Of a stretch of 64,000 nt of DNA, positions 18,696 to 28,557 are shown piece by piece (position 1 is the stretch's first letter; the number at the start of each line of letters is the position of its first letter). The notes under the pieces were generated by a model. It was not told the DNA's origin and made no database searches. It was given only the letters and a program-made list of their open reading frames with translations. Source of the stretch: Patescibacteria group bacterium (GTDB taxonomy: Bacteria > Patescibacteriota > JABMPQ01). The translations under genes were made by a program, and so were the position numbers. Location: positions 21,408-85,407 of the forward strand of contig JBGTBM010000007.1 of assembly GCA_041749335.1 (NCBI GenBank), written 5' to 3'.

Positions 18696-20552
18696 ATGAA
18701 AAAACCCAACAATAATTTGAAAAATTTAAAAGGATTTTCTAAAAACATTATTATTGCTTTTATCGTATTTTTAGTCGTTGCCAGCATCTTTGCGATGTAT
18801 AATACTCCCACTACGGAGCCGGAAGAAATGTCATTGGACCAGCTGGTTTCACAGGTAAATCAAGGACAGGTTAAAAAAATTGAAGTGGAGGCAGATTCTT
18901 TGAATGTTACTTTAAGTAATGATGAGACGAAAAAATCTAAAAAAGAAGAAGAGGCATCCTTAACTCAAACCTTGAGTAATTACGGAGTTGAAAAAGACAA
19001 GCTAAATAAAGTCGAAATTGTGATAAAGGATGAGTCCGGTTTTTGGTACTGGACCGGCAATCTTTTGCCTTTCATATTGCCCTTTGCTTTAATCGGCGTG
19101 TTTATTTATTTTATGGCGCGCTCAATTCAGCGGGGAAATTCGCGGGCGATGATGTTTGGCCAGAGTAAAGCCAAGCAGGTAGAACAGAAAGGCAAAAATA
19201 AATCAAACTTTAAGCAGGTTGCGGGAGCTACTGAAGCCAAGGAGGAGCTATGGGAAGTGGTGGAATTTTTAAAACATCCGAAAAAATTTAGAAACTTGGG
19301 CGCACAGATTCCCAAGGGCGTGCTTTTGATCGGACCTCCTGGCACCGGCAAGACCTTATTGGCTAGAGCGGTAGCGGGCGAAGCAGAAGTTCCTTTTTTT
19401 CATATTTCCGGATCAGAATTTGTCGAAATGTTTGTCGGTGTGGGCGCTTCGCGCGTTAGAGACTTATTTGACAAAGCAAAAAAGGCGGCGCCGGCTATTC
19501 TTTTTATTGATGAGATTGATGCGGTTGGCAGGCAAAGAGGAGCCGGCCTGGGCGGCAGCCATGATGAAAGAGAACAAACTTTAAATCAGATATTAACTGA
19601 GATGGACGGATTTGAGCAGGATACAAACGTTATAGTAATTGCGGCAACCAACCGTCCGGATGTTTTAGACCCGGCGTTGCTGCGTCCTGGGCGTTTTGAT
19701 CGGAGAGTAATGATAGATTTGCCCGATATTAAGGAGCGTGAGGCGATAATAAAAATTCATTCACAAGGAAAGCCTTTGGGCAAATCGGTTGATTTTAAAA
19801 AAATAGCTCAGCGTACACCCGGTTTTTCCGGAGCGGATATAAAAAATTTAATGAATGAGGCGGCGATTTTGGCGGCTCGGAAAAATAAAAAAGTGGTAAG
19901 TGGCCAGGATGTGTTGGATTCGATTGAAAAAGTTATGATCGGTCCGGAAAGAAAAAGCTTTGTATTATCGGAACAGGAAAAGAAAATAGCCGCTTATCAT
20001 GAAGCCGGCCATGCTTTGGTAGCCCACATGCTTCCTCATTCCGATCCGGTGCATAAAATATCAATTATATCAAGAGGGCAAGCTGCCGGTTACACTTTGA
20101 AGCTGCCGGATAAAGAAAAACATTTTCATTCCAAGCCGGAATTTATTGAAGACTTGGCGGTGCTTCTGGCGGGATATATTACCGAAAAGAAAGTTTTTGG
20201 CGAGGTAACGACCGGAGCGACATCTGATTTGCGTGAAGCTACTAAGCTGGCAAAAAAGTTAGCCACTGAATATGGCATGTCAGATGAGCTTGGTCCCAGA
20301 ACTTTTGGCCATAAGGATGATTTGGTATTTTTGGGAAAAGATATTGCCGAACAAAGAGATTATAGTGAAGAAATGGCAGCTAAAATTGATATAGAAATTA
20401 AAAAATTCATTCAAATCGGTTATGATTATGCTGAAAAAATAATCAGCGAACATCGAGATAAACTGGAACTGGTTACCAAAGAGCTGCTCGAAAAAGAAAC
20501 TCTGGAAAGAGATGATTTTGAAAAGCTGGTAGGAAAAAAAAATCAATTCTGA
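18696..20552 (+). CDS. ftsH: ATP-dependent zinc metalloprotease FtsH
   Basis: Two N-terminal TM segments. AAA+ Walker A GPPGTGKT and second region of homology. Zinc motif HEAGHA. Confidence 0.95.
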   Translation: MKKPNNNLKNLKGFSKNIIIAFIVFLVVASIFAMYNTPTTEPEEMSLDQLVSQVNQGQVKKIEVEADSLNVTLSNDETKKSKKEEEASLTQTLSNYGVEKDKLNKVEIVIKDESGFWYWTGNLLPFILPFALIGVFIYFMARSIQRGNSRAMMFGQSKAKQVEQKGKNKSNFKQVAGATEAKEELWEVVEFLKHPKKFRNLGAQIPKGVLLIGPPGTGKTLLARAVAGEAEVPFFHISGSEFVEMFVGVGASRVRDLFDKAKKAAPAILFIDEIDAVGRQRGAGLGGSHDEREQTLNQILTEMDGFEQDTNVIVIAATNRPDVLDPALLRPGRFDRRVMIDLPDIKEREAIIKIHSQGKPLGKSVDFKKIAQRTPGFSGADIKNLMNEAAILAARKNKKVVSGQDVLDSIEKVMIGPERKSFVLSEQEKKIAAYHEAGHALVAHMLPHSDPVHKISIISRGQAAGYTLKLPDKEKHFHSKPEFIEDLAVLLAGYITEKKVFGEVTTGATSDLREATKLAKKLATEYGMSDELGPRTFGHKDDLVFLGKDIAEQRDYSEEMAAKIDIEIKKFIQIGYDYAEKIISEHRDKLELVTKELLEKETLERDDFEKLVGKKNQF

Positions 20553-20589
20553 TGATGCCTTGTCATCAGAAAATAAATAATATAAAAAA

Positions 20590-21492
20590 ATGGACTACAT
20601 GGCTGTCGTAAAAAAGGCATTTCGAATTACCATTAAGAATAAGTATTTATGGCTTTTTGGTTTTTTTGCCGGGGCTTCGGGAGGCAGTTATAATTTATAT
20701 TCCGGCGGAAGCGGCAGCGGATCTGATTATCGCGGAAAATCTGATTATAGCTTTGAGCAATTTGGAGCTGATATAAAAAACTTTTTTCTAGATCATTGGA
20801 CTTTGATTGTTAGTCTAACAGTTTTGTTTATAGGAATTATATTGTTTTTTATGGTGATGCAGATTTTGTCCCAAGGAGCTTTGATAGGAGCGGTAAACAA
20901 AATTGATAGCGCCAAGAGTTCAAGCCTACGTGATGGATTTAAAATCGGCAGAAAATATTTTTGGCGAATATTGGGCTTAGGATTTTTAACTGGCCTGGCA
21001 GTTTTTTTGGCGCTGATGATTTTAGGGACGCCGATTATATTTTTGTTTATCTATAAAATGTATGTAAGAGGAATAATCCTTGTCTTACTTGGCTTGGCCA
21101 TATTTATTCCTTTAAGTATTGTAGTGAATTATGTGACAGTGTATGGATATCGCTATATAGTTTTATATGATAATAAAATTATCCAAGCTTTAAAGTCAGC
21201 TTTTGATTTGTTTATCAAAAATATTTGGCAGAGCATTGTGTTTAGCTTGATACTGTTTTTAGTGGGAATTGCTACTGTGATCGCAACATTTATTATATTA
21301 TTTGCAATTGCCATCCCTTTTATCATTTTGGGATTTTTGGCGTATTTTGTCGCACAATGGATTGGAGCTGTTATTGTGAGCGGTTTAGCATTTGCCATAT
21401 TTATTGGGCTAATGTTTGTTCTAGGCGCAATTATGGCGACTTTTCAATCAAGCTTATGGACGCTGGCTTTTAAAGATTTAATTAAAAGATAA
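20590..21492 (+). CDS. Polytopic membrane protein of unknown function
   Basis: About 7 predicted TM helices. Gly/Ser-rich loop near the N-terminus. Confidence 0.5.
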   Translation: MDYMAVVKKAFRITIKNKYLWLFGFFAGASGGSYNLYSGGSGSGSDYRGKSDYSFEQFGADIKNFFLDHWTLIVSLTVLFIGIILFFMVMQILSQGALIGAVNKIDSAKSSSLRDGFKIGRKYFWRILGLGFLTGLAVFLALMILGTPIIFLFIYKMYVRGIILVLLGLAIFIPLSIVVNYVTVYGYRYIVLYDNKIIQALKSAFDLFIKNIWQSIVFSLILFLVGIATVIATFIILFAIAIPFIILGFLAYFVAQWIGAVIVSGLAFAIFIGLMFVLGAIMATFQSSLWTLAFKDLIKR

Positions 21493-21499
21493 TAAAATA

Positions 21500-22288
21500 A
21501 TGAAAGTAATATTTTTTGGAGATATTGTCGGCAAAGCAGGCAGAAAAGCAATAAAAAAAGTATTGCCTGAATTGATCAAAGATATTAAACCTGATTTTGT
21601 AATAGGCAATATTGAAAATTTAGCGCATGGCAAAGGAATTACCGAAAAAACAGTTGCGGAAATGGAAAATGCAGGCATTAATGCCTTTACTTCCGGCAAT
21701 CATATTTTTCAAAGAAAAGAAGGAATTGAATTATTGAAAATTCATGATACCAATATTTTACGTCCGGCGAACTATCCTCCTGATGCTCCGGGCATTGGAT
21801 TTAAATTGTTTCCCATCAGGACTAAAAATATATTATTGATAAATATTATCGGTCGGGTATTTTTTCGGGAAGACTATGATTGTCCTTTTCGCATTGTAGA
21901 TGAAATTATTAAAAACAATCAAGCGGAAGCAGACGTTATTTTAGTAGATTTTCATAAGGAAGCTACCAGCGAAAGCAGGGCTATGGCTCATTATTTGAGC
22001 GGTAGAGTGGGCGCTTTATTGGGCACGCATACCCATATACCTACTGCTGACGCGCAAGTATTGAAAAAGGGGACTGCCTATATTACCGATGTCGGCATGG
22101 TGGGGATAAAAGATTCGGTTTTGGGGGTAGAAAATAATTCGGTTCTGGAACATTTTTTAACCCAGATGCCATTTGAATATAATATTGTTGAGGAAGGACT
22201 AGCAGAAGTAAATTATGTTATAATAGAATTTGGCAGTAACGGAAAGGCTAAGAGCATAGAAAAATGTTGCCGGGAAATTGAAGTCTAA
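21500..22288 (+). CDS. YmdB-like metallophosphoesterase (TIGR00282 family)
   Basis: N-terminus MKVIFFGDIVGKAGRKAI...GNIENLAHGKGITEK closely matches the YmdB family. Confidence 0.8.
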   Translation: MKVIFFGDIVGKAGRKAIKKVLPELIKDIKPDFVIGNIENLAHGKGITEKTVAEMENAGINAFTSGNHIFQRKEGIELLKIHDTNILRPANYPPDAPGIGFKLFPIRTKNILLINIIGRVFFREDYDCPFRIVDEIIKNNQAEADVILVDFHKEATSESRAMAHYLSGRVGALLGTHTHIPTADAQVLKKGTAYITDVGMVGIKDSVLGVENNSVLEHFLTQMPFEYNIVEEGLAEVNYVIIEFGSNGKAKSIEKCCREIEV

Positions 22289-22333
22289 AAAACAATCTTT
22301 AATAATAAGCAAAATTAAAAGAATATTTATAAG

Positions 22334-22360
22334 AATTGCCCGCAAGGCAATTTTTTATTT
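22334..22360 (+). terminator. Rho-independent terminator (AATTGCC-CGCAA-GGCAATT + T-tract)
   Basis: Perfect 7-bp stem with a T6ATTTTTTT run. Confidence 0.5.
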
Positions 22361-22407
22361 TTTTATACTAATAATAATGTTATTATAAAGAAAATAATAA
22401 ATATAAA

Positions 22408-23514
22408 ATGTTAAAAAATAAAATTCAAAATGAAGTATCTGAATTAAGGAGGGATCCTGTTTCGGGCGAGTGGGTTCTTATCGCCACCCCTCGCAGCAAA
22501 AGGCCCAGCGCCTATAAAGAAAAAAGAAAAAATGTAGTTCAACCGCGGGGAGCATGCCCTTTTTGCAATTTAGAAAAATCAGGCACTAAAGAATTTACTT
22601 TACTAAATCCGCTTGATAAAAGATCTAATTATGCGAAGCAATTAATAAAAGACGGGGATTTGCAGGAGATGCAGGGTAAAAATTGGAGCCTGATAGTGGT
22701 ACCCAATAAATATCCGGCTTTAATTCCAGGTAAAAAATTAATAAAACGCAGAGAGGGCATGCACGATGTGTTGCCTGGTAGGGGGTATCATGAAGTATTA
22801 ATCACAGCCTCCCATGAGATGGATATCGGCAGAATGCCATTGGATAGAGTTGAAGAAGTGATGCATGCTTATCGGCAAAGATGTATTGATTTGTGTGAAG
22901 ATCGTTCCGTAAAATACATTTCGTTATTTCACAATCATGGCCGGGAAGCAGGCGCTTCTTTATCTCATCCTCATTCACAAATATTGGCAATTCCGGTAAT
23001 ACCGCGAGATGTGAGAAATTCATTAAATGGTTCAAAAAAATACTTTTTGAAAAATAAACGTTGCGTGCATTGCGACATGATGAAATGGGAGAAAAAAAAG
23101 AAAGCTAGAATTGTCTATGAAAATAAAGATTTTCTGGTTTTATGTCCTTTTGGCTCTTCGGTCGCTTTTGAAATAAGGATATATCCCAAAAAACACAGTT
23201 CATACTTTGAGGAAATTACCGCACAACAAATTAAAAACCTGGCCAAATGCTTTAAGATTACTTTAAACAAAATGTATAAGGCATTGGGGAACCCGGCCTT
23301 CAATTTCTTTTTACATACCGCGCCTTGCGATGGAGTAATAGGAAAAGTCGATAAAATTAAAAGAAAAAATAAAGATTATAATCACTATCACTGGCATTTT
23401 GAGATCGATCCGAAATTATCTATCTGGGCCGGCTTTGAATTATCTACCGGTATGGAAATAAGTACTGTCCCTCCGGAATTTGCGGCTGAAACTTTAAGAA
23501 AGACGAAGATTTAA
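22408..23514 (+). CDS. galT: Galactose-1-phosphate uridylyltransferase (HIT-family GalT)
   Basis: Zinc-site CPFC plus the HxHxQ motif (SHPHSQI). Length 368 aa. Confidence 0.75.
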   Translation: MLKNKIQNEVSELRRDPVSGEWVLIATPRSKRPSAYKEKRKNVVQPRGACPFCNLEKSGTKEFTLLNPLDKRSNYAKQLIKDGDLQEMQGKNWSLIVVPNKYPALIPGKKLIKRREGMHDVLPGRGYHEVLITASHEMDIGRMPLDRVEEVMHAYRQRCIDLCEDRSVKYISLFHNHGREAGASLSHPHSQILAIPVIPRDVRNSLNGSKKYFLKNKRCVHCDMMKWEKKKKARIVYENKDFLVLCPFGSSVAFEIRIYPKKHSSYFEEITAQQIKNLAKCFKITLNKMYKALGNPAFNFFLHTAPCDGVIGKVDKIKRKNKDYNHYHWHFEIDPKLSIWAGFELSTGMEISTVPPEFAAETLRKTKI

Positions 23515-23576
23515 AGTATGAGTATTAGTCAGTTAGTAAATCAGCTGATTAGCTTGTTAGATAAAAAATATAAAAA

Positions 23577-23598
23577 AACCACCATGGCGGTGGTTTTT
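23577..23598. terminator. Bidirectional terminator (AACCACC-ATGGC-GGTGGTT) between convergent galT and the Hsp20 gene
   Basis: A7 upstream and T5 downstream of a perfect 7-bp stem. Confidence 0.5.
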
Positions 23599-23643
23599 GA
23601 GTATGAATAATTCGCAAAAAATTAGTGTTAGATTCGCGACCTC

Positions 23644-24099
23644 TTACTTCGCTTTTACCTGAATTTTAGTAGTTTTGGACTTCTTCGCTTTGGGCAGTAA
23701 AATCGTAAGTATTCCATTTTTCAAATCCGCATCGGCTTTATCTACTACTACATCTACCGGCAAAATAACCGAGCGGGAAAATGCTCCCCAATAACATTCC
23801 TGATAATAATAATTATCTTCGGTTACCACTTCGCCGCTTTTTCGCTCTCCCTTGATAGTCACCATATCGTTATCAATCGAAATATTAATATTTTCCGGCG
23901 AAACTCCGGCAATTGCAGACTTAATGACAATATTGTCGTCAGTTTGAAAAACGTCAATAGCCAGCTGTCCTTCATATCCCGAGGACCAATCATCAGTCTT
24001 ATTTTCCAAAGACTCGTTGGCGGAGATAGTTTCCGGCTTGATCTCTTGTGGCTGCTGATCTTTATCCTTCTTTTTAGATTTTTTAAATATATTAATCAT
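23644..24099 (-). CDS. Hsp20/alpha-crystallin small heat-shock protein
   Basis: Alpha-crystallin domain (AIDVFQTDDNIVIKSAIAGVSPENINISIDNDMVTIKGERK). Confidence 0.85.
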   Translation of the reverse strand: MINIFKKSKKKDKDQQPQEIKPETISANESLENKTDDWSSGYEGQLAIDVFQTDDNIVIKSAIAGVSPENINISIDNDMVTIKGERKSGEVVTEDNYYYQECYWGAFSRSVILPVDVVVDKADADLKNGILTILLPKAKKSKTTKIQVKAK

Positions 24100-24190
24100 T
24101 TTGATATATTAATTAATATGCATTATATAATAATTTTAGATATATATCAAATATCAAAAATTGATATTTTGAACCATTTATACACAACCA

Positions 24191-24892
24191 TTATTTATCA
24201 ATTCTGATTGTTTTTAATTCTTTTATTCCTCGAGACAGCATGAAATACATAACAATGATAATTAATGCTATCAAAAATATTGTTAAAGAGGTTTTAGTCC
24301 CGGCTACGATATTATAAAGCCCATGAAGCAGCGAGGCAATAATTAAGCCTTGCGCGATAAAATATTTTTTCTTCTTGGGGGAATATTTTTGCTGTTCTTT
24401 GCCAAACTTTAATAAACCCAGATAATATCCGACGATGCCGGAGGCGATAGCGTGCATTAAAGTGGCGGTGGCAAATCTTAGTAGAATCGCATTATGGCCG
24501 TCGGAAAAAATCACTAAGATATTTTCCAATGAGGCAAATCCCAAGGCGGCTACCACGGCGTAAATAACTCCATCTACCGGTTCGTCAAAAGCCGCATGAT
24601 CGTATATTTTTTCTTTGACTACAAAATATTTTAAAAGTTCTTCAATGGGCGCTACGATAAAGAGCGAGCTTACGATAATAATCAAGAGATTGCTGGAACG
24701 AGAATAGGGGAAAAAGTAATCAATGGCAAGCTCCAGTCCGATGGCGGGTATGGTAATAAGCATTCCCCAGACAAAAATTTTTATAATTAGCTTCAGTGGC
24801 TCGGGATTTTTTTTATCCTTGCGACGATAAAACCAGACCCAAAATAGTCCGGGAATTAATGCTATTAAAATGTACCAAATAATTATTAACAT
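24191..24892 (-). CDS. PrsW-family intramembrane metalloprotease
   Basis: Polytopic protein with EELLKY and FASLEN motifs and HAIASG/HGLYN motifs characteristic of PrsW/CPBP-like proteases. Confidence 0.7.
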   Translation of the reverse strand: MLIIIWYILIALIPGLFWVWFYRRKDKKNPEPLKLIIKIFVWGMLITIPAIGLELAIDYFFPYSRSSNLLIIIVSSLFIVAPIEELLKYFVVKEKIYDHAAFDEPVDGVIYAVVAALGFASLENILVIFSDGHNAILLRFATATLMHAIASGIVGYYLGLLKFGKEQQKYSPKKKKYFIAQGLIIASLLHGLYNIVAGTKTSLTIFLIALIIIVMYFMLSRGIKELKTIRIDK

Positions 24893-24941
24893 TTATTAAT
24901 AAAGCAAGCATCCTTGTAAAAAAGAAAAATGTGTTTTGTAT

Positions 24942-25400
24942 TTAACTGATTTCTTTGCCGAGTTCTTTTAATTTTTCCGCTGTCGGATTGAATAATTCTT
25001 TTACCAGCGAATGATAATATATTGCGTTTATATTGTTATCCTTACAATAGTTTATCGCCTCGCTGGTTTCAGATCCCATGTCAATCCAGATCATAGACGC
25101 ACCTTGTTTTAGAGCATTTTTCAAAGCCTCTAGAGTATTTTCGGGTTTAGTCACCAAGCAAACAACGTCGGGCTCTTCCGGTAGAGATTTAAGGTCGGGA
25201 TAAATTTTATCGCCGTCAATTTCATTTTCTGAATTCAGCGCATAAACCTTTAATCCTTCTTTTTTTAAAGCTTCATATACGGCATAACTAAGCGATGATG
25301 GGTCCGGATCTATGCCATAAATTGCAAAAACATTATCTCGCTTAATAAAATCAGGCATGGTTTTATTAAAGCTGGGGAATAGAGTATAAATATCTGTCAT
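24942..25400 (-). CDS. CoA-binding domain protein (YccU-like)
   Basis: CoA-binding Rossmann pattern (FAIYGIDPDPSSLSYAVYEALKKEGLKVYALN ... VVCLVTKPE ... IWIDMG). Confidence 0.7.
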   Translation of the reverse strand: MTDIYTLFPSFNKTMPDFIKRDNVFAIYGIDPDPSSLSYAVYEALKKEGLKVYALNSENEIDGDKIYPDLKSLPEEPDVVCLVTKPENTLEALKNALKQGASMIWIDMGSETSEAINYCKDNNINAIYYHSLVKELFNPTAEKLKELGKEIS

Positions 25401-25723
25401 AGTAATATTTTATCAAGCGTTTCTTTGATAACCTCTTTATCGACCGAGCCGATTTTTTGGTCAACTTGTTTGCCGTCTTTAAAAAATAAAAGATTGGGAA
25501 TGCTCATGACGCCGTAAGTACCGGCTAGTTCTTTGGCCTCATCAATATTTACTTTAACAACATTTATTTTGTCTTCATACTCTTTAGCCAATTCTTCAAT
25601 AATAGGCGCTACCATTTGGCAAGGGCCGCACCAAGGAGCCCAGAAATCAACCAAAGAAGGAAGTTTTCCCTTGATTACTTCTATTTCAAATTCTTCCGCG
25701 CTGGTTATGTTTTTTTCCGGCAT
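25397..25723 (-). CDS. trxA: Thioredoxin
   Basis: WCGPC active site. 108 aa. Confidence 0.9.
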   Translation of the reverse strand: MPEKNITSAEEFEIEVIKGKLPSLVDFWAPWCGPCQMVAPIIEELAKEYEDKINVVKVNIDEAKELAGTYGVMSIPNLLFFKDGKQVDQKIGSVDKEVIKETLDKILL

Positions 25724-25791
25724 AGCTATTTTGTTATTTAATTAACTTGATATTTATATATTAACACAAAAATATATTTTTATAAATTTAA

Positions 25792-26235
25792 CTAAAATTC
25801 TGTCCCAAAAGTCAATTGTCTGCTTTCCTTTCCGAGGTATTTAAATTCTACTCTGATGTTTTTTTGCGCGGGAATGAATTGCTTGGCTTTTTGCGCCCAT
25901 TCGATAATAACAATATTTTCGGGAGATTTAATGATTTCATAGAATCCCAGATCAAGCAATTCTTGCTCATCTGTGATGCGATAAAGATCAAAATGGTACA
26001 GCCATTTAATATTATTAATTTTCACCGCAAATTTTTTTAAAATAACAAAAGTGGGGCTGACGATTGGTTCCTTGATGCCTAAACCCTCGGCCACTCCCTG
26101 CGTAAAAGTTGTTTTGCCTCCGCCGAGGTCGCCAATCAGGCTTATTATTTCACCGCCTCGTAATTCAGCCGCCAGTATTTTTCCAAGCCGCTGAGTTTCC
26201 TTAGCGTTTTTGGTGATAAAGCTAATTTTTTCCAT
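25792..26235 (-). CDS. tsaE: tRNA t6A biosynthesis ATPase TsaE
   Basis: P-loop GDLGGGKTTF. Length of 147 aa is typical of YjeE. Confidence 0.85.
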   Translation of the reverse strand: MEKISFITKNAKETQRLGKILAAELRGGEIISLIGDLGGGKTTFTQGVAEGLGIKEPIVSPTFVILKKFAVKINNIKWLYHFDLYRITDEQELLDLGFYEIIKSPENIVIIEWAQKAKQFIPAQKNIRVEFKYLGKESRQLTFGTEF

Positions 26236-26238
26236 AAA

Positions 26239-27033
26239 TTAAAGCCACTGGATAGTCAATAATAAAATACCAATAGTAATTACATAATAAGCAAAAATAT
26301 TCAGCTTATGATTTTTTAGAAAACGCATTAAATATTTTATACTTAGGTATCCTAATATAAAAGAGGTGATAAATCCCATTAGCAAAGCGGGAAAATTAAT
26401 GAAGTGATTGGAGTTTTCGAATAAATCAAATAATCCATAAATGGAAGCGCCGGAAATTGCAATCGTCGCCATTAAAAATGAAAATCTGGTACTCTCGGTT
26501 CTTTTTATGGAGCGGAAAAGTCCGGCGGAAATTGTCATGCCTGATCTGGATATACCGGGCAATAAAGACAAAACTTGCACCAGCCCGATAACGAGCGCAT
26601 CCTTCCAATTAATTTCTGATAAATTCTTTTTTTTAAGTTTTATATTATTGTATTTTTCCGCTGCTAAAAAAACCAAGCCGATAATAACCAGAAATACTGA
26701 CACCCAAAGAATATCTCTAAAAATTGAATTAATAAAATCATTCAGAAAAAATCCGGCAATGAAAGTGGGGATGGTGGCAATGATCAGCAGCCATAATAAA
26801 TTGTTTTTTTCGCCGCGCTTAATCAAGCTCTGAAAAATATTTATCCAATCTTTGCGAAAATATATTATTACTGCCAGCAGGGTGCCTAAATGTAAAATAA
26901 TATCAAAAACTACGCCAGGATCATCCCACCCAAAAAGTTTTCTAACTAAAATTAAATGTCCGGAGCTGGAGATTGGAATAAATTCGGTTAATCCTTGCAC
27001 CGCGCCTAAGATAATACCTTGAATAATTTCCAT
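26239..27033 (-). CDS. uppP: Undecaprenyl-diphosphate phosphatase
   Basis: BacA/UppP family polytopic protein (SRSGMTISAGL motif). Confidence 0.9.
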   Translation of the reverse strand: MEIIQGIILGAVQGLTEFIPISSSGHLILVRKLFGWDDPGVVFDIILHLGTLLAVIIYFRKDWINIFQSLIKRGEKNNLLWLLIIATIPTFIAGFFLNDFINSIFRDILWVSVFLVIIGLVFLAAEKYNNIKLKKKNLSEINWKDALVIGLVQVLSLLPGISRSGMTISAGLFRSIKRTESTRFSFLMATIAISGASIYGLFDLFENSNHFINFPALLMGFITSFILGYLSIKYLMRFLKNHKLNIFAYYVITIGILLLTIQWL

Positions 27034-27268
27034 ATGATTTTTATAATATTTTGCTCTATTGTATCAAACGAGCTTGATAAAATCTAGCAATTATAAATAT
27101 TTACCGGAGTATAAATTTATAAAAATAAGCTTTGGAAGATCAAGCAGAATTATTCAAAATATTCTTAAAATAATATCTTGTAATTAATTATCCACATTTT
27201 TAACCCGGGCGTATTTGACGATTTAGGCGCGGCGAGTTACTATATTCTGATATAAAAAATATAAATTA

Positions 27269-28417
27269 ATGGCACTGTCTGCAAAACAACAAATATTTGA
27301 GGCGATAAAAAAAAGTAAAAAACTGCTACTTACGACTCAAGAGTCTCCCAGCGAAGACGCGGTGAGTGCCTTGGCTGCTTTGGGTTTATACCTTGAAAAA
27401 AACGGAAAAGAAGCCGACATGATAATTAGCGGCGCTATCCCGGAAGTTTTAAAGTTTTTGCCGCAGATTGATAAAATAAAAAAAGATTTGGCTACCAATA
27501 AAAATTTTGTCATCTCTTTGGATACCTCGGAAATTAATGTGGAGCAATTCAGTTATGATTTTGATAAAGATAACAAAAAACTAAACATTTACATTACTCC
27601 TGAAGGCGGCGTTTTTACCAAGGAGCATATTTCCACCAACCTTTTAGGCTTTGGCTATGATACTATTATTGTTTTGAATTGCAGTGATTTTGAAAAAATA
27701 GGGAAAATTTATACTAAAAATTCAGACTTATTTTATGAAACAGAAGTAATAAATTTAGACTATAACAGCGCCAATGAGCAATATGGAGAAGTAAATTTAA
27801 TTAATCCTACCGCCTCTTCTGTTTCCGAGGTGGTTTACGACTTATTGGAAACGATCGACGAAAAATCGATCGATAAAAATATTGCCACCTGTCTTTTGGC
27901 CGGAATTATTTCTGCGACGAAAAGCTTTCAGGCGGCAAACGCCACTCCGCAGTCATTTGCCGTTTCAGCAAAACTTATTTCTTGCGGCGCTGACAGGCAA
28001 ATGGTGATTAATAATCTATACAAAAATAAATCGCTCTCTACTCTTAAGCTCTGGGGGCGAGTTTTAGCTCGAGTTAAATATGATTCAGAAGCAAAAGTCG
28101 CTTGGAGCTTAATTTCACAGAAGGACTTTATTAATTCCGGCGCGCAGATTAAAGATTTGGACGGCATTGCCGATGAAATAATGGGAAGCGTTAATGATGC
28201 CGATATGTCCGTAGTTATTTATGAATCATACGAAAATGGTGGTCCGAAGAACATCAAGGTTATAGCTAGAGCAAATAAAAATAATATTTTAGAGCAATTT
28301 TCCAAAGCGTTTAACGTTATTCCTAAAAACGGGCTGATTAAAATCAAAGTGGATAATAAAAATCTACTGGCGGTGGAAAAAGATTTAATGACCAAAATTA
28401 AAAGTTTTCCCAAATAA
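27269..28417 (+). CDS. DHH/DHHA1-fold protein with degenerate catalytic motifs (NrnA paralogue, probably non-catalytic)
   Basis: Collinear with the NrnA architecture. The DxD, DHH and GGGH motifs are replaced by PSEDAVS, LDTSE and ENGGPKN. Confidence 0.55.
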   Translation: MALSAKQQIFEAIKKSKKLLLTTQESPSEDAVSALAALGLYLEKNGKEADMIISGAIPEVLKFLPQIDKIKKDLATNKNFVISLDTSEINVEQFSYDFDKDNKKLNIYITPEGGVFTKEHISTNLLGFGYDTIIVLNCSDFEKIGKIYTKNSDLFYETEVINLDYNSANEQYGEVNLINPTASSVSEVVYDLLETIDEKSIDKNIATCLLAGIISATKSFQAANATPQSFAVSAKLISCGADRQMVINNLYKNKSLSTLKLWGRVLARVKYDSEAKVAWSLISQKDFINSGAQIKDLDGIADEIMGSVNDADMSVVIYESYENGGPKNIKVIARANKNNILEQFSKAFNVIPKNGLIKIKVDNKNLLAVEKDLMTKIKSFPK

Positions 28418-28557
28418 TAAAAAAAATAAAATCAGGCGCTATTTTTCGCACCTTTTTTAGTATTTTTAACCGTTGATAAAATTATAAACAATTTATGCGA
28501 TTGATATTAATCATAAAAGATTTATAATTTAATAAGTTTAAATAATTATAAAAAAAA

